In this document: positions 39,701 through 53,265 of the stretch, piece after piece
Numbering within the stretch: the first letter of the stretch is position 1
Layout of the letters: each line of letters opens with the position of its first letter
Assembly (NCBI RefSeq): GCF_964204645.1
Contig: NC_134027.1
Location: forward strand, 8,526,485-8,590,484
Direction: 5' to 3'
Length of the DNA: 64,000 nt
Source: Tubulanus polymorphus
Taxonomy: Eukaryota > Animalia > Nemertea
The notes under the pieces: model-generated
Database searches by the model: none
What the model saw: only the letters and a program-made list of their open reading frames with translations
What the model was told of the DNA's origin: nothing
Translations under genes and position numbers: made by a program

Positions 39701-42700
39701 ATCGTTCGAAAATTTTACAAACCACCTTTTTCATAGCTTCACAAAATGAAATCACTAAATCATTATATAACCTTGACTTCAATAACTTATCTTGTATGTA
39801 AGCTGTGCACAACGATGCCTAAGATATCAGCAATTTAAAGTAATTCTTCATTCATAAAATTACTTGCACAGTGTGTGTTTCTGTTTGTAATTACTTATTT
39901 TCTCTCTGTGGAGTAGAGTTTCCCAGGCACATTTTACCATTCAGTGATCAACAGTCTCACAATATTGCTAAACCTAAAACCTTGCAAAAAATGTCACAGT
40001 TAATTTTTGTAATAGTTACTGCTACAAAAAGACGAATTTTCAAACCTCTTCTGCTCCTTGACCTTTACACTAAGAAGTATTTTTGATCATATGATTGTTC
40101 ATTAGAGACAATTTTTATGTAGAGGCTAGAGCGAGGGGAACATATGGATGAAGAAGATGCATTTGGTCATGGAAGTGGAGAGGCAAGAGATGATGTATCC
40201 CTTTTGCCTAAAAAAGTCGCTGTCCTGGTATGTTGTATTTCATTCGAAACTCACATGGTTCCCACAGAACAGGGAAATTGGGAAAAACTTGGGAATTTTG
40301 AAATAATAATTCCCGGTTTGGAAATATTTGGGAATTTGAAAAATTTTCCTCAATTCAGGGAAATATTTGGCAAATTCATTACATTCACGTATTGCATTTG
40401 CCAAGGGCAACTATCTTCGGCGATTTCCCTTGCAAATCACCTTTATCAACCTGTCACCACTAAAATGTTGACTGTTGCATGATGATATGTGTTCATTTCC
40501 ATTTGTCAAAATTGAAGAATCACCCATGAAATACTTGGGAAAAACTTGGGAACTTTGAATTCATTTAACTGTGGGAACCATGAACTCAAAAACCGCCATT
40601 AGGTTCCAGATTGTGAAAGGTTAAATTGTTTGGTTATAGATATTTGGTTTCTTGGATATCAGAGACTTAGCGCGATGTGCCGCAGTTTGTCGTTCGTGGA
40701 AAGTTATTACACAATACAGTGCATTATGGAGTCGGGTATGTATCAGTCGTTGGAAATGTGTAATATTGCATTGTAAGATTGTCATTTTGAAATTATATAT
40801 TTCAGTTGGACCTTTCTAAAGTCAGAAATCGGTGAGTTAACAATTTGAAAAAGACTGAAACCAACAAGAAACATTGCTTGGATTGATTTAAGGCATTCAA
40901 AGATCAATTCATAACAGTTACTGAAGTTGGAATTCATTACTCTTATTTCAAGCGTCACCGATAAGTCTACGAACAAACTGCTTCAGAAATGTCGTCCGTA
41001 CATGGGTCACTTGAATCTGAGAGGATGTCGACAGTTGACTAAATTAGCGTTCACAGCTGTCAGCGAGTGTCGCAATTTACAAGATCTCAATTTGTCCGAG
41101 TGTTACGGTTTAAATGTAAGTCGCACTTGCTTTGAGTTTTGGGGGAAAATAATTGAATACATCAGCAGGCACGAGAGAAATCCCACAATAATGTTTGTTT
41201 TCTACAAATATATGTATACATATTAAAAGGTTCAACTTCAATGGATACTGGTATTCTCTTTTATTCTGTTTGACAGGATGATGCCATGAGACTTATAACT
41301 GAAGGCTGTCGAATATTACTCTATTTCAATGTATCCCATACGAGTATCACTGATGCATCATTGAGGTGTTTTGGCAAGTAAGAACATCTTAACTTCGTAA
41401 ACACCCGTCCATTATTTTACTCAGTAATGAACTTTACAATGATGACAATTTTCTGATTGTGATTATTTTACAGATATTGTAAGACTTTACAGTACTTGAG
41501 TATAGCTTACTGTAAACGGTTCACTGATAAAGGTCTATATTATTTGTCAAATGGTGAAGGATGTAAGAAGCTGATTTACCTAGACTTGTCCAACTGCACT
41601 CAGGTATATTTTCGTACATTATATCGGTAATTTTACAGTCCGTCAAAACTAGTTGTCAAAATGGATAATTCATCTTGATTGATTGGACTGGTCTTTCTTT
41701 TATATTTATAGTTGAATGTGGAAGGGTTCAAATATTTGTCGGAAGGACTGACGAGTTTACAAGAGCTACATCTCAATGAATTCAGTAATCTATCCGATGA
41801 ATCAGTTCAGGTAATAGCTTCAGTTCAGCAGTTCAAAAAGATTTGCTTTAAAGGAAACAGAAGTTTTATAATGTTATTTATTTGCAGTTGGTGTTAGATA
41901 AATGTGTGAACATAAAAACTGTCTCTTTCCTTGGCACCTGCAATCTGTCAGATGAAACGTTCAAAAAATTGGCACTCAATCGGAAATTAGAAAGACTGAA
42001 ACTAGAAAGTATGTAACATACATCGTTGTCTTCCCTACTGAAGATTAGCATTTTTAATCATTTCTAATTGGCAATAATATATCTATTTCAGATAATCAAA
42101 GAATCAGCGATTCAGCTATAAAAGCAATTGGAAAGAATTGTCACGACTTGAGGCAGATTTATATGGTCGATTGTCAACGTGTCACTGATCTAGCGTTGAA
42201 GGCACTCTCCATGTGTCGAAACCTGACGGTGATCAATCTAGCAGATTGCATTCGGTATGAGTCATCATACTTTTTTCTTTGACTTTCATAGAAGCTTGTT
42301 TGATACACATGCAGGGTCATAAGTGCCCATGACCAATTTCATTTGAGGACTTTCAAGGACTATTTTGCCTCTGATTCGACGGCATCTCGCAATGATTCCA
42401 GGGCTTTTTTGAATAGTTAATAGAATATGCAGTTTGATACTGTTGCAATGTGTCTCTTTCACAGGATTACAGACACAGGAGTGCGACACATTGTTGAAAG
42501 TTCTTGCGGACCGAAAATCCGTGAGATGAACCTTACAAACTGTATACGAGTAGGAGACATTGCTTTAGTCAACATTCACAAGAGGTATGAAAAGTACTAG
42601 TTCAAAACCTGAATATCTGGTACATTTTTTTTCTGAGAATGACTGCGTTCTTTACATGAATGTTCATGTTTTTGGGAGAAAAATCTGATTCTTCTTTCAG

Positions 42701-44127
42701 GTGTCATTCACTTACATACTTAAGCGTTTGTTATTGTGAACACATCAGTGAAGCGGGAATTGAACTCCTCGGACAAACTCACAGTTTAACTTCAGTTGAT
42801 CTATCGGGCTGCAACTGTGGAGATCAGGTCCGTATGAAAATCTATCACTCTTTTTACCCTTTGATTAATGTTGAATGAAATGCACGATGAATGGTGACTT
42901 GAACTTAGAAAAATAATTTTCTCCTTTTCAGGCTTTATCATCACTGGGCAATAATCTGCGCTTTAAAGATGTAACACTGGCTGAGTGTACGTCCATTACA
43001 GATCTTGGATTGCAGAAATTCGCGCAGCAATGTCGTGAAATTGAAAGACTCGATTTGTCACACTGCGCTGTAAGTTTTTCCTTTCATAAACAACTATAAC
43101 GTTCTTTCTGATCAAGGTTTGAAGTAAGGATTGTGTTTGTTTTGAGTGGTATGATAAGTTGATAGGTATGATGAGTTGGTAGAGTCTTAAGAATATTTTG
43201 ATTACATTTTAGCAATTGACTGATGGTGCTATTAAGAACCTGGCATTTTGCTGTAGAATGATCAATGTCTTAAGCTTGGCTGGCTGTAAACTGGTAAGTT
43301 ATTCTTCAAATAGATCATAATAGAAGTTTTTACATTTCTTACAAATGATAATTCTTATTTCATTTCCAGCTGACAGATTTGAGTATACAATATCTCTCCG
43401 GTGTTTGTCATTATTTGATCTCACTGGATCTATCAGGTTGTGTGTTAGTGACGTAAGTGCTGCTTAGTTACAACTGATCTTTGAAAAAATATATACCTTT
43501 AATTCTGTATGCTATTTAAGCATGAAGATTATGAATCATCTTCGTTTTTTGTAGCGACAAATCGATGAAATATCTGAGAAAAGGTTGCAAGAAATTAAGA
43601 ATGCTGTCCATAATGTACTGCCGTGGAATTACCAAGTAAGTAAATTGAGATTAATTCAGATTTTTATCTTGACATGATTTGCTGTATGCCAGATGATTTC
43701 ATCACTTCCTGGAATACGGTAAGTGGTCGGACTTGATGCTATTGTTGTGTTGGTCTCCTCTCTGTTTTGCTCCTCGTACCGAATATCGAGCGGATTAAAC
43801 CCTTAGAGGACAAACACACAGTATCCTAGTCTGAAAAGTAATCTCTCCAGTTATGTTCCCCCGGCAACAGGTAGGTACATCTACAATCATCACATGACAC
43901 TTACGTCACACAATCAATATTACTATACATGTATAACACTATTTTCATGGTTTCAGGTGTAATTCAAAACAATTTTTTATAAGAAGCTACTTCTAGGTTT
44001 TAGTCTGTCCTTGCTGAAGTATACTTATAATTCTTCTCTTTATAGATCAACCGCCCATAAACTAATGAGACACATTGAACAAGTTGATTACAACAGCGAT
44101 GATGTTCCATCGTATTTTGGCTACTAG
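36719..44127 (+). CDS. FBXL13: F-box/LRR-repeat protein 13 (dynein regulatory complex subunit DRC6), multi-exon
   Basis: N-terminal docking-domain-like MAASLKGIDPELKNYLRIHRLTDIYE-ALLTGISVMCPDDPYQFL, then PTPEMYAMAYSHY, F-box DVSLLPKKVAVL-IFGFLDIRDLARCAAVCRSW, and LRRs such as YCKRFTDKGLYYLSNGEGCKKLIYLDLS. Last exon 44046-44127 ends ...YNSDDVPSYFGY*. AATAAA at 44707. Confidence 0.94.
40254..40582. mobile_element. MITE with 6-bp TSD in an FBXL13 intron
   Basis: Perfect 14-bp TIR CATGGTTCCCACAG...CTGTGGGAACCATG, flanked by AACTCA on both sides; internal ttgggaa repeats. Confidence 0.9.
43744..43882 (+). ncRNA. Candidate box H/ACA sno/scaRNA-like structured RNA in the last FBXL13 intron (strand not certain)
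   Basis: Hairpin 1 gtgttggtctcctct...agaggacaaacac, H-box ACAGTA (43818-43823), hairpin 2 cctagtctg...caggtagg, ACA at 43877-43879. No target identified. Confidence 0.33.
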
Positions 44128-44852
44128 ACAAATATATGTGTACATTACTGTGTGCCAGATTAATAGCAGATATGGACTGATTAGGATATTTATTTCTCTG
44201 GTCAAATGCAGCGCAGTCATCCATCGATGAGATATGGACGAATAGAGATTGCATGAAATAAGTCAAATTTCTGCATAATGTTTTTAAATACGTGTATGCC
44301 GAGATGCGAGAGGAAAGTAAAACGTACATAGCCGTGAACTTGATTTGGGTAGATCAGTTGCTGCGATCATTGACAATGACAATATTAAATCAGGATTGCA
44401 TTTTCAAAACAGTGATATCCCTAGTGATAACTGGAATTTTCAAATACAAATAGATTATTGAAATAAATTCATATCACTGCTTTGAAAAATGCTGCGAGAT
44501 GTAGTTGTTTTTCTGCTAGGTATGATATCATCCGTCCAGTTCTTATTTTGTTTCGAATTGTATATGCAGTTCATGTACCATTATTTCTAAGTCTTAATTC
44601 ACAAAACTGTGATATGTTGATAATATGCTGCAAGAGATTTTAATTTATACATCTTATTGTATATACGCTTTACAAAAATGTGTACCTGGGTACTTATTAT
44701 GCGTTGAATAAAATGTCAGTTGAGTTTCTTTAAAGAAGACTTCAATGTTTCTTTTCTTTAAGGAAGGAAATTCAGGATTTAATAAATGCACAGTGTAAAA
44801 ACTATTACGAATATTTAGTGTACGTACTTCAACTCAAAGCCCATGGCAGACT

Positions 44853-45349
44853 AGGGACTGTCCATAAAAGATGTCCAAGGTCCGGGGGCCAGTTCCATGG
44901 ACGGCTTAGACTTAAGACCGGTCTAAGACAAACTTGGTTCTTTAGCCAATCTAACAACTTAAGACCGGTCTGGAGGTATAAGACCACTTTTGGTTTCAAG
45001 TCACAACTATGGAACCGGCCCCTGGGGTCTGTAGACTTGTCGACAAGGGAAGGGTATGTGTGAGCAAATCATTTAGCGCATTACATGGATGATTGTATCA
45101 AATTGGAATTAGAGGAAACATTGTTCACATAGATATTTTCAAGATACACAAATGGTAGTCCAGAGTGTATAATAAATGATTAAGTGGATGGAAAAACATT
45201 ATTTCATATGACTGCTTATCCGATGTCATTGATTGCCTTTTTGTCCGATGGACGAGGGGAGAGGGGGGTTAGTGCCATGTGAACATTCTTAGACATAGGC
45301 GAGTCAAAATTTGGCAGTTTTGTGCGGACATATTTTATGTACAGCCTCT
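44853..45349. mobile_element. MITE family C (Tourist/PIF-like) carrying a nested family D MITE
   Basis: TIR agggactgtccataaaagatgtcc versus (reverse complement) agaggctgtacataaaatatgtcc; homologous to 52281-52416. Confidence 0.8.
44885..45022. mobile_element. MITE family D (Harbinger-like), nested copy
   Basis: GGGGCCAGTTCCAT...ATGGAACCGGCCCC with ccg/ctg flanks and internal cttaagacc repeats; related to 60700-60877. Confidence 0.82.
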
Positions 45350-45512
45350 AGTCATTTTCGTTGTAAGTCCCCTTAGGGGCACTGTACAGGAGTATACATG
45401 ATATTTTCTATGATCCTTTAAGTGACGGCGGTAGGCTGGATCTGCCCCTTTGAACTCCTAACAAAGAAACATCAAACAGAAAATGCTTTCATAATATATA
45501 GAAAATTAAGAT

Positions 45513-47089
45513 TTATTTTTCAAGAGAAACAGCATTTGAAACGTGTGTAACATGTTCACGCACCGCTCGATCTAACACGGAGTATATATCCCGACATCCT
45601 TTCATTGCCATTTCCATCGTATTGTTCAAATGATCCTCGTGCATTTTACCGTTCATTTCGACAAACGCCATCTGCTCCGATTTTGGCAGCAGAGCGACGA
45701 TAAGTTCCGGACACGAAGACGACGATTCTTCTAAATGGTTCATATCGACGATCGTTTGATCTTTGAGATAACTAGACGAACACGCGCACACGTAATCCTG
45801 CATCGCGATTCCGGCGTCGATCAACGCCAGAGTCGCAGCGTTTACACTAGCGCAGTAGTTTCCTCCGTCTGCCTGTAGAACCTGGAAAGATCGGACGCAT
45901 GCTTCAAAATACAGTCCACGCGCACTTGGGGTCAGTTGCTCAAAAGTTGGTTAAAGATAACCGGCAGATAAATACCATAGTAACAATTAATTTTTAATCG
46001 TCGCAATGTCAATTATCCACTGGTTAAATCCAACTTTTGAGCAACTGGCCCCTGAATTTCAACAACTGTACAGGATGCTTATTATCCTTCTTAGAAAGTT
46101 TAGAATTTAGTTAAATCGGATGATGATTAATTACACATATTATGTGTATTATTAATTTTATCCAGTTCAAAACTTTTAAAGTAGGGGACATACTGCATCA
46201 ATCAGATGAAATATACAATGAACCTAAACTTGACCCTACTCAAGATCAGCTATTACTCCAGGGGCCAAAAGTTGGTTAGAATTAACCAGTGGATAGTAGA
46301 CATAGTGACCATAAAAACTTCATAATTACTATGGTATTTATTTGATGGTTATCTTTAACCAACTTTTGAGCAACTGGCCTCAGGATTGTTATCTCATGTC
46401 CAGATATGATTTACGGTTCACCTTATCATAAATGTATATAGTATATCAAGATTAATCCGAATTTCTCATTAAAAATTCGATTAATTTCATCGATTGGTCC
46501 CAAATAATCGGGATAATGCTGGGACAACTATCGTAATTACTCCAGGCCCAAATTTATTTACCTCCACAAATATATCTATCTGTGATCGTGGATATAGATG
46601 AGTCATCACCGCTGCTTCAAATGTTTGTTGTAAATGCATTGTCATTTCTTGTGACTTTCGATCTCCTCTCGGTCGTCGTTTTCTCTCACCCGTACTAAAT
46701 GTGGCCATGCTATACTGACAATTGATCAACACCTTGTCGTTCAACGCTTTTGACCGATTTCGAACCTGTTCAATAGAAGAACTGACCGATAAGAAGGTGT
46801 TCGCCATTCAGGGCTTGTGACGCCATATGTAGCAAGCAGGTCTTAAGATTGCCCTAGATGTAAAAGTTAACACTTAATAAAGTTTAATTGAATTGAGAAT
46901 TTTGAAGAATGTTTATACCTCATGTGGACCGTAAACAGCGCACAATATTTTCGTATTGCCTTGTTCGATATATGCCGAGCCATCTGCTTGTCTGAATACT
47001 CCCATCTTACACTGTATTCGACGCAATTCATGCGGCCTTCGACCATCAATTCGCAATCCTTGATCGGATAATAATTCTAAGCCGGCCAT
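45513..47089 (-). CDS. EXOSC4: Exosome complex component RRP41 (247 aa; exons 47089-46919, 46765-46562, 45881-45513)
   Basis: MAGLELLSDQGLRIDGRRPHELRRIQCKMGVFRQADGSAYIEQGNTK...YSMATFSTGERKRRPRGDRKS...YPRSQIDIFVEVLQADGG; RNase PH fold; phase-0 GT-AG introns. Confidence 0.97.
45928..46052. mobile_element. MITE family A, copy 3
   Basis: ggggtcagttgctcaaaagttgg ... ccaacttttgagcaactggcccc in EXOSC4 intron 2. Confidence 0.85.
46262..46380. mobile_element. MITE family A, copy 4
   Basis: cag|gggccaaaagttggtta ... taaccaacttttgagcaactggcct|cag; the CAG TSD fits the CWG preference of some Harbingers. Confidence 0.82.
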
Positions 47090-49218
47090 GTCGGATTCTA
47101 GTGTTAAACTCCACCGCCTAAAGAGGTGGCAGCACCTTCCGGTCACCGACCAATACAGTATATTGTATAAACTCCTTATACTATCATAGTCAGAATTAAA
47201 GTTTAATCTAATCTAATCTAATCAATGAACAGTTACACTGATACTGAATGTACTGGTACTGAATTGAACTCGATTTCTATGATGTAGATATCCCATCGAA
47301 TTAATGAATGAAAATTTCATCTTTGAATCCCCAACAAACCAATTTACTATTCCATCCAGTCAGAGGAATCGCAATTTTTCTCCAGATTCCTCAAAGGTTT
47401 TCACTAATTCCTCAATAATGCATGTACCGATTCTTCCAATAGGAATTCTTTTTTTAATAGAAAATAAAATAATTCAGAATAGTTATAAGTAACAAAAAAC
47501 ATTTTTGACATTACAACTTTTATTCATTTCTTTAACATGATTTTCTCAAACATGTTCAATAACAGGAATTTCACTTTACAGACAAGGATATAACACCATA
47601 ACGTTGCATTTCTAACTTGAAACTCTACTTGACCTTTCAGTGCGTGACCTTGGTGTGGAGGTTTAAGAATTTCACCTCGTGGAAGACCCACCCACATTTG
47701 ATCCAGTGTGCTTTGATCTGTTCCTGAATAATTATAGATTCAACTTTTGGTCGAAACGAATCGCCCGAATTGACATCTTTAATGCAGGGAAGGCATACAA
47801 GCAATTCGAAAGCTTTTTTAAGCACACAAAATCAATGGTTAACATATATATGAATTTTTTTATGGAAAGTCGCCTTAATAGCTTTACTGATATCTGTTAT
47901 TTTGGTCCCTGTTCTGGAGTTTGCTGAATCTAATACTGAGAAACTATAAGTTTAGACACATCCTAAAATGTACCAGTATTTCAGCAAATAATGTATAAAA
48001 TATGTCTCTATACCCGTATGGAGTATTCTCTTCTCAAATCCGGGGTGAATTGACTTAATTGTCGACATATTTTGTTTGAGCATTAAAAGACTGGGAATTC
48101 AATTTTTGAGCAAGGACGTCGTCGCGATGAAGTACAATATACTGTAAGTAAGCATGTGTGTACCTTGAAAACTGGCAGTAACTGAAACGGTAGTTTGTCC
48201 GACATGGTCTGTATGTATGGATATCATCATATACATAAAACAGAAATCATCATACAACAGAATGATGCATTGAAATATTTGTGCAGCATTTTAAATGGAA
48301 GCAACCTGTAAATAATGGGTGATGTGGAACAATTCATAGTCGGTAGTACGTACAATGGATCACCGATGGGATATTATTATAATGAATATCATTTGAAAGA
48401 CATTTAATGAGGTTAAGAAATAAGGTTCAGAAAAGGTTTGCCAGAAGTGTCTTATGTTTCACCGCATGAATAGACTTACCTAACTTACTTCCGTCATATT
48501 ACATTAAACTTACAATGCTCGTTCCTAAGAATAATCATTATTGGTTTCCATAGACAAGTGACAATCTATTCTTATTGAAGAAAATCCCACGATATGAAGA
48601 AAAGTAAGAGAGGTTGTTCTAATCTTTATAAACGTCACTCATGGCATCACCTATTGTTTTAAAAACTCCAATTTCAGTGAATTCCAACCAAGGAACTTGC
48701 CCCAAAAATCAACTACTCACTGATTATATTCTAGCTGTTACAGGCATCACATAGCAACATTGTCGCTACCTGTTTCACTTTATATTTACTTGCACAATAA
48801 ATCAGTTTAGAAAATGGCTCAAAGAATTGAGTCGAAATGTCAACTACTCTTGGATTTTTCACATTGCGGGTTTTTCTTCAATAATCATTCCATGATCACG
48901 ATTAAGATAATCGAAATACTGCGATATTTTTCTATATCATCGATATGAATGTGGAAGTCATATTCATTGTTCTGAAAATGTCCCTAATCATTTGCGCATT
49001 AGGACAGAAAAGGAGTTACGACATCGATATCATATGACATTAAAGTTCACACAATTACATTCTATCCAGCGCTCACTTACTTAATGAATCTAAGTGTCTG
49101 AAATTAAACCGACTCAAACCCCCATCAGATACTGAGTATATAAGCCATTCACTGGCACGAACGAATTACTTCATTAATCAATTGAACATTACAATGGTGC
49201 CTAATCAGGGATGACTGC

Positions 49219-52200
49219 TTATTGGAGTCGAATTTTTTTGCTGGCGCTGGCATTCTCGTTTGAATTCATGGCAAGTCCGTTTTCTTGAAGGGGAGCGATT
49301 GCGCGCAGCAACGGGTTGGTAGTCATTTGACCAAACAATGTGGTTAACAAGGCTACTCCGTATCCTGTCGCCCGTTCGCCCTGCAAATAGGAAATATCGA
49401 AAACTAATGTAATGAAAATTCTTTTTTCAACATGTAGCTCATTGCCAAAAAAAAATCTACCAGCATGCCTATCAAGAATTCAAAAGCACTTACCACGTGG
49501 ACCGGATATGCCATGTCAACGTGTATCCATGTTCCCGGATAGTCGAAACCGATATGCGCTCCTATAAACAAACCGGCACATGACACCTGAGCATTACTAC
49601 GATCCTGTAAAACAAAACATATACGATTCAATTTTTAGATATACGGTTAGCTGATTCACGAAGCACCTCTTTTTGTAAGATCACAAACAAGCCATAGATG
49701 ACACTGGTTCTCGGGCTCAGACTCGAACTTGAACTCAGAAATTACTGTGCGTTAGTTCCCATTGAATTTTGGTTATCTTGTATCGAGGCCATAAGCTATT
49801 CAACAACAGTCTTTAATGCCCAGTTCTGCTGCTAAGCAGCACAATGGGCCAATGCTTTGCTCTGCAAAAATAGACCCCCATACTAACATTATACCAAAAT
49901 TTCATCAAGATTGACGCACTATAAACAAAATTAAGCAGCTGAAAGACACACAGACAGATCGTACGAGAATAAGGGTCTCACGGAAGCCCGAGAACCAATT
50001 ATACACACTGGTCTTTGAGTACTTACAGCAACAGAATTCTTCATATCAGCAACGGCACTTGCAAACTCATTAAAATGTATCTCTGGCGTGTAAGGCATTG
50101 GATGAATTAGATCACCAGAATTCAGACCAGCTCGGACGCACATCGGCTCCCAATCTTCGTTGTTAGTTAACATAGCAGCATGTACTTTACCTGAGAATTT
50201 ACCCCAAAAAAAAAACAGTGAGGTCAGATAAACGCAAAATTTGCCAAAAAAGTGTTTTTGTCAGCGCAGATATACCTGTAGCAATGCCTTGAGCCCCAGT
50301 AAGAGTCGCCATATCTAATATTATATCAGCTTTTAGGTCTTTGTAAGCATAGGCAACCTGTTAATGTAAACAGATGTTTATAAACATACAAATCCGAACT
50401 AAATTGAATAAACAATAGATTCCGAGGCACAAATACTCACTCCATCTCCTAATACCAATCTTCCTTCAGCGTCAGTATTATCAACTTCAACAGTTCTAAA
50501 ATGGACAATTCATATTTTACTTAACATAGTGCTCAGTTCGGTCGTGAACCGCAGAAAGGGAGCTACGATACTGTTGCCCCGAAGTTATGCGAAATTTGTA
50601 TGAATATGTACCTGCCAGAATAAAGACGTATAATATCATCTGGACGTGTAGCTTCAGGACCAACAGCATTTTCAGCCAAACAGAACAACGCGTGGAGATT
50701 CTCATTGAAACCCTACGTCGAAAGAGTTCAATGAATGATTTCATGTATAGGAAGTCAGTTCCTTCAGGAGAATAGCTCTCAACATCTCCAATCATGGGTG
50801 CTATGAATTGATTAATGTTATTAAGCCTACCTGACGAACAGCAGTGTAAAATGCTCCTAAGATACCAGCAGCACCACCACAATCACGTTTCATACCAGGC
50901 ATTGCTGTCTAAAAAACATAAATTTCAAATACATAATACATTTGCTTCACGACAGGATAAATAACACATTCGTTATTTAAAGGCTTGAAATGTGATTAAG
51001 TGGATAATAGCGATTTCAAATCAAAGAAAGATTATTGAAAAGAAGTTGGATATTCGAGTATATTGTACCTTGCCTTTGATGCACAGACCGCCAGTGTCAT
51101 AAACGATACCTTTGCCAACCCATGCGACCGTCTTCGAAGCTCCTTCAGGAGTGTGACTGAGGATAGCAAGGGCCGGGGGATGCACCGCCGCTTTCCCCAC
51201 GCTAAACAAACCTACAAGACAAGTTATACACATTTCAATCATCCATACCCATTAAGCCCACTGTCCTGACCTCAGCATCGAGTGGTTGGCGATTTTGATC
51301 TCACCTCCGAAACCTTGATCATCCAGTTCTTTTCCCCTGATGATTTTTGGTGTAATTCCAAGAATTGTACCGACTAGTTTAACCTCCTGTGAAATGAAAG
51401 AAATTCAAAAATAGTTTTCAAACAGTTGGAACTCCATTCCATGATGGTTGACTAAGAAAAGTCAATTTTTTCCATAACCCTGATTCTAAACCTTGTATTC
51501 CATAATATATATGGTCTGAATGCTAACGAGAAAGTGACATACCTCTAAGAACGCATCAGTGTTCATTTCGCTACATGGCATGTCGACGATTTTAGCAGCT
51601 AATCTAATGCCATGAGCGGCATCATGAAGTAAACCCAACTCATCGTCGGCTAACGGAGTTCTCTCGGCACCGACGAGTAGGAATTCCACCCTGACGGTGC
51701 GCTTCGTCAATGCTCCGCCATTTTTACGCGTATACAATGGAAACGCACGCGCAACGGCGCATGCTGACGCGTACACATCTCGTCTTTCACAGATTATCTA
51801 AATTAGTAAATAGAATTATGCAAACAAGACAACTAATTGGGGTTGGCCCCGAGTTTGGCTACGGTAGAGTTTGAGGAAATGACAAACCAGCGTGACTTCA
51901 GTAGGCGCATGGAAGTATAAATATGCATCCAGTAATTTTCCCATTCGTACGTACCACAAAGAATTCATCTCCTCCCATGATGAAAGACTTGACTATCTTA
52001 GTAAGCGAGTGTGATCGAGATGGAGCATTGTGACGGCTACATTTAGTGGGTAGAGCAGCTACAGTAGCATTTGAAACCCACAACGGACACGAGGCCGTCG
52101 GCGAAGGGTGTAAACTGTTGACAGCAGCTTTCCATGTCTGAAAAAACGATGAAAAATTGATTTAAAATTCAATGAATAAATAAATATGATGATACAAATG

Positions 52201-52575
52201 TACTTGCTTGGAACTATTTCTCCTCTAATTCAAAGTTGAAGTTATGATACATGTAACGCACTTGAACGCAGATAGCCATTATTATCCATTAAAGATGTCT
52301 CCCCTTGAGGAAGGATGTCCACATCCAAACAACCCCCTTCCCTTGTCTACTAAAGTCCAAAGTTCTCAAATGCCCTCCCCTCTCAACCTTGGACATCTTT
52401 TATGGACAGCCCCTTACTAACTAACCTCTTCGGTGACCCGAGTCTCGATTTTCATGCGAATTTCCTCATAACTGACGGATTGTAAGTTTTGTAGCTGTCC
52501 GATAATGCAGACGGGATGTTGGTTCGGGTCAGATTGACTTAAACTACTCGAATACTTCAATGTTACTTGCGCCAT
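49219..52575 (-). CDS. NPEPL1: Probable aminopeptidase NPEPL1 (M17 leucyl aminopeptidase family), multi-exon
   Basis: MAQVTLKYSSSLSQSDPNQHPVCIIGQL...RVTEE; CSRHNAPSRSH; WVGKGIVYDTGGLCIKGK; MPGMKRDCGGAA; VEVDNTDAEGRLVLGDG; DMATLTGAQG; DMKNSVADRSNAQVSCAGLFI; GERATGYGVALL...KKIRLQ*. The 5' UTR acceptor is at ~52624 and a likely first-exon donor at 55094. Confidence 0.96.
49687..50000 (+). mobile_element. Non-autonomous Helentron/DINE-like element in an NPEPL1 intron
   Basis: Subterminal inverted repeats tggttctcgggct / agcccgagaacca, an ACAAG start, the aaatttcatcaagat motif and short acag repeats. Confidence 0.5.
52281..52416. mobile_element. MITE family C, short copy
   Basis: Ends ccttggacatcttttatggacagcccc|tta, the reverse complement of the 44853 terminus, and shares ttcccttgtc. 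Confidence 0.75.
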
Positions 52576-52914
52576 GTCTGATGAAGAACGTGGCAAATTA
52601 TTACAGTCAGTGTTAATTTGGGCCTGAAATAAAAAATGTGAAAACTTCTATCAGAATTATAACTAATCATCATTACAGTAAACCTAACTTATATGACCTG
52701 ACCCAACCTAACTTAAATCCTGTCTAGTTGAATAACTTCTCAAATAACTTGGGGACTCGTACAGATAGGCCTATTTGCCAGCAAGAATTCTCCGATCCAT
52801 ACTAGGCAATTAAACTGAATGACAGATTTACTGGCAGGGACATCAGGAAATTTTCAGTGGTGTGGGCATTAGGTTATAATTGTAAATGACAGAGTTTGAA
52901 GTTGTATCTATGCT

Positions 52915-53265
52915 CAGGCGCGGATTCAAACGGTAGCACCATAGGCAAGTGCTACCATCACGAAAATCTTGTGCCTTTTTCTTTAATTTGTTTTTCATGC
53001 CCAAAGTAGAAAAGGGCACATATTTACTCGACGAGGTAGATAATTTTAACAAAAAAGTTCATAATTCTACAAAATTCTGTCTTCATTGCCTGGAAACTAC
53101 ATCTCATGCAGTTTTGCTAGAAAGCACTTCGCGCCGAAACATTAATTGCTTGGAAATTGCAGCAAAAAGCAAATTCTCAAAATTTCAGAATACCCTTTTT
53201 ATTTCAAAATGCCCTTTTTATAAGTTGTTTGAAACCCTTGACAGTGGTCCCGGGATCCGTCCCTG
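52915..53265. mobile_element. Non-autonomous DNA element with CAGG...CCTG ends and 5-bp TSD
   Basis: CAGGCGCGGATTC versus (reverse complement) CAGGGACGGATCC, 10/13 identical; flanked by ATGCT on both sides. Confidence 0.65.

Noticed and set aside
43693-43718. 26-nt exon-like segment (ccag|...|gtaagt) in the last FBXL13 intron
   Set aside because: Introduces an immediate stop and overlaps a hairpin; the conserved terminal exon is 44046-44127.
47100-49218. Possible extra gene or NPEPL1-EXOSC4 operon
   Set aside because: The short ORFs have no homology. The region fits a long NPEPL1 3' UTR (AATAAA on the minus strand near 47520) followed by a short EXOSC4 promoter with an ETS motif.
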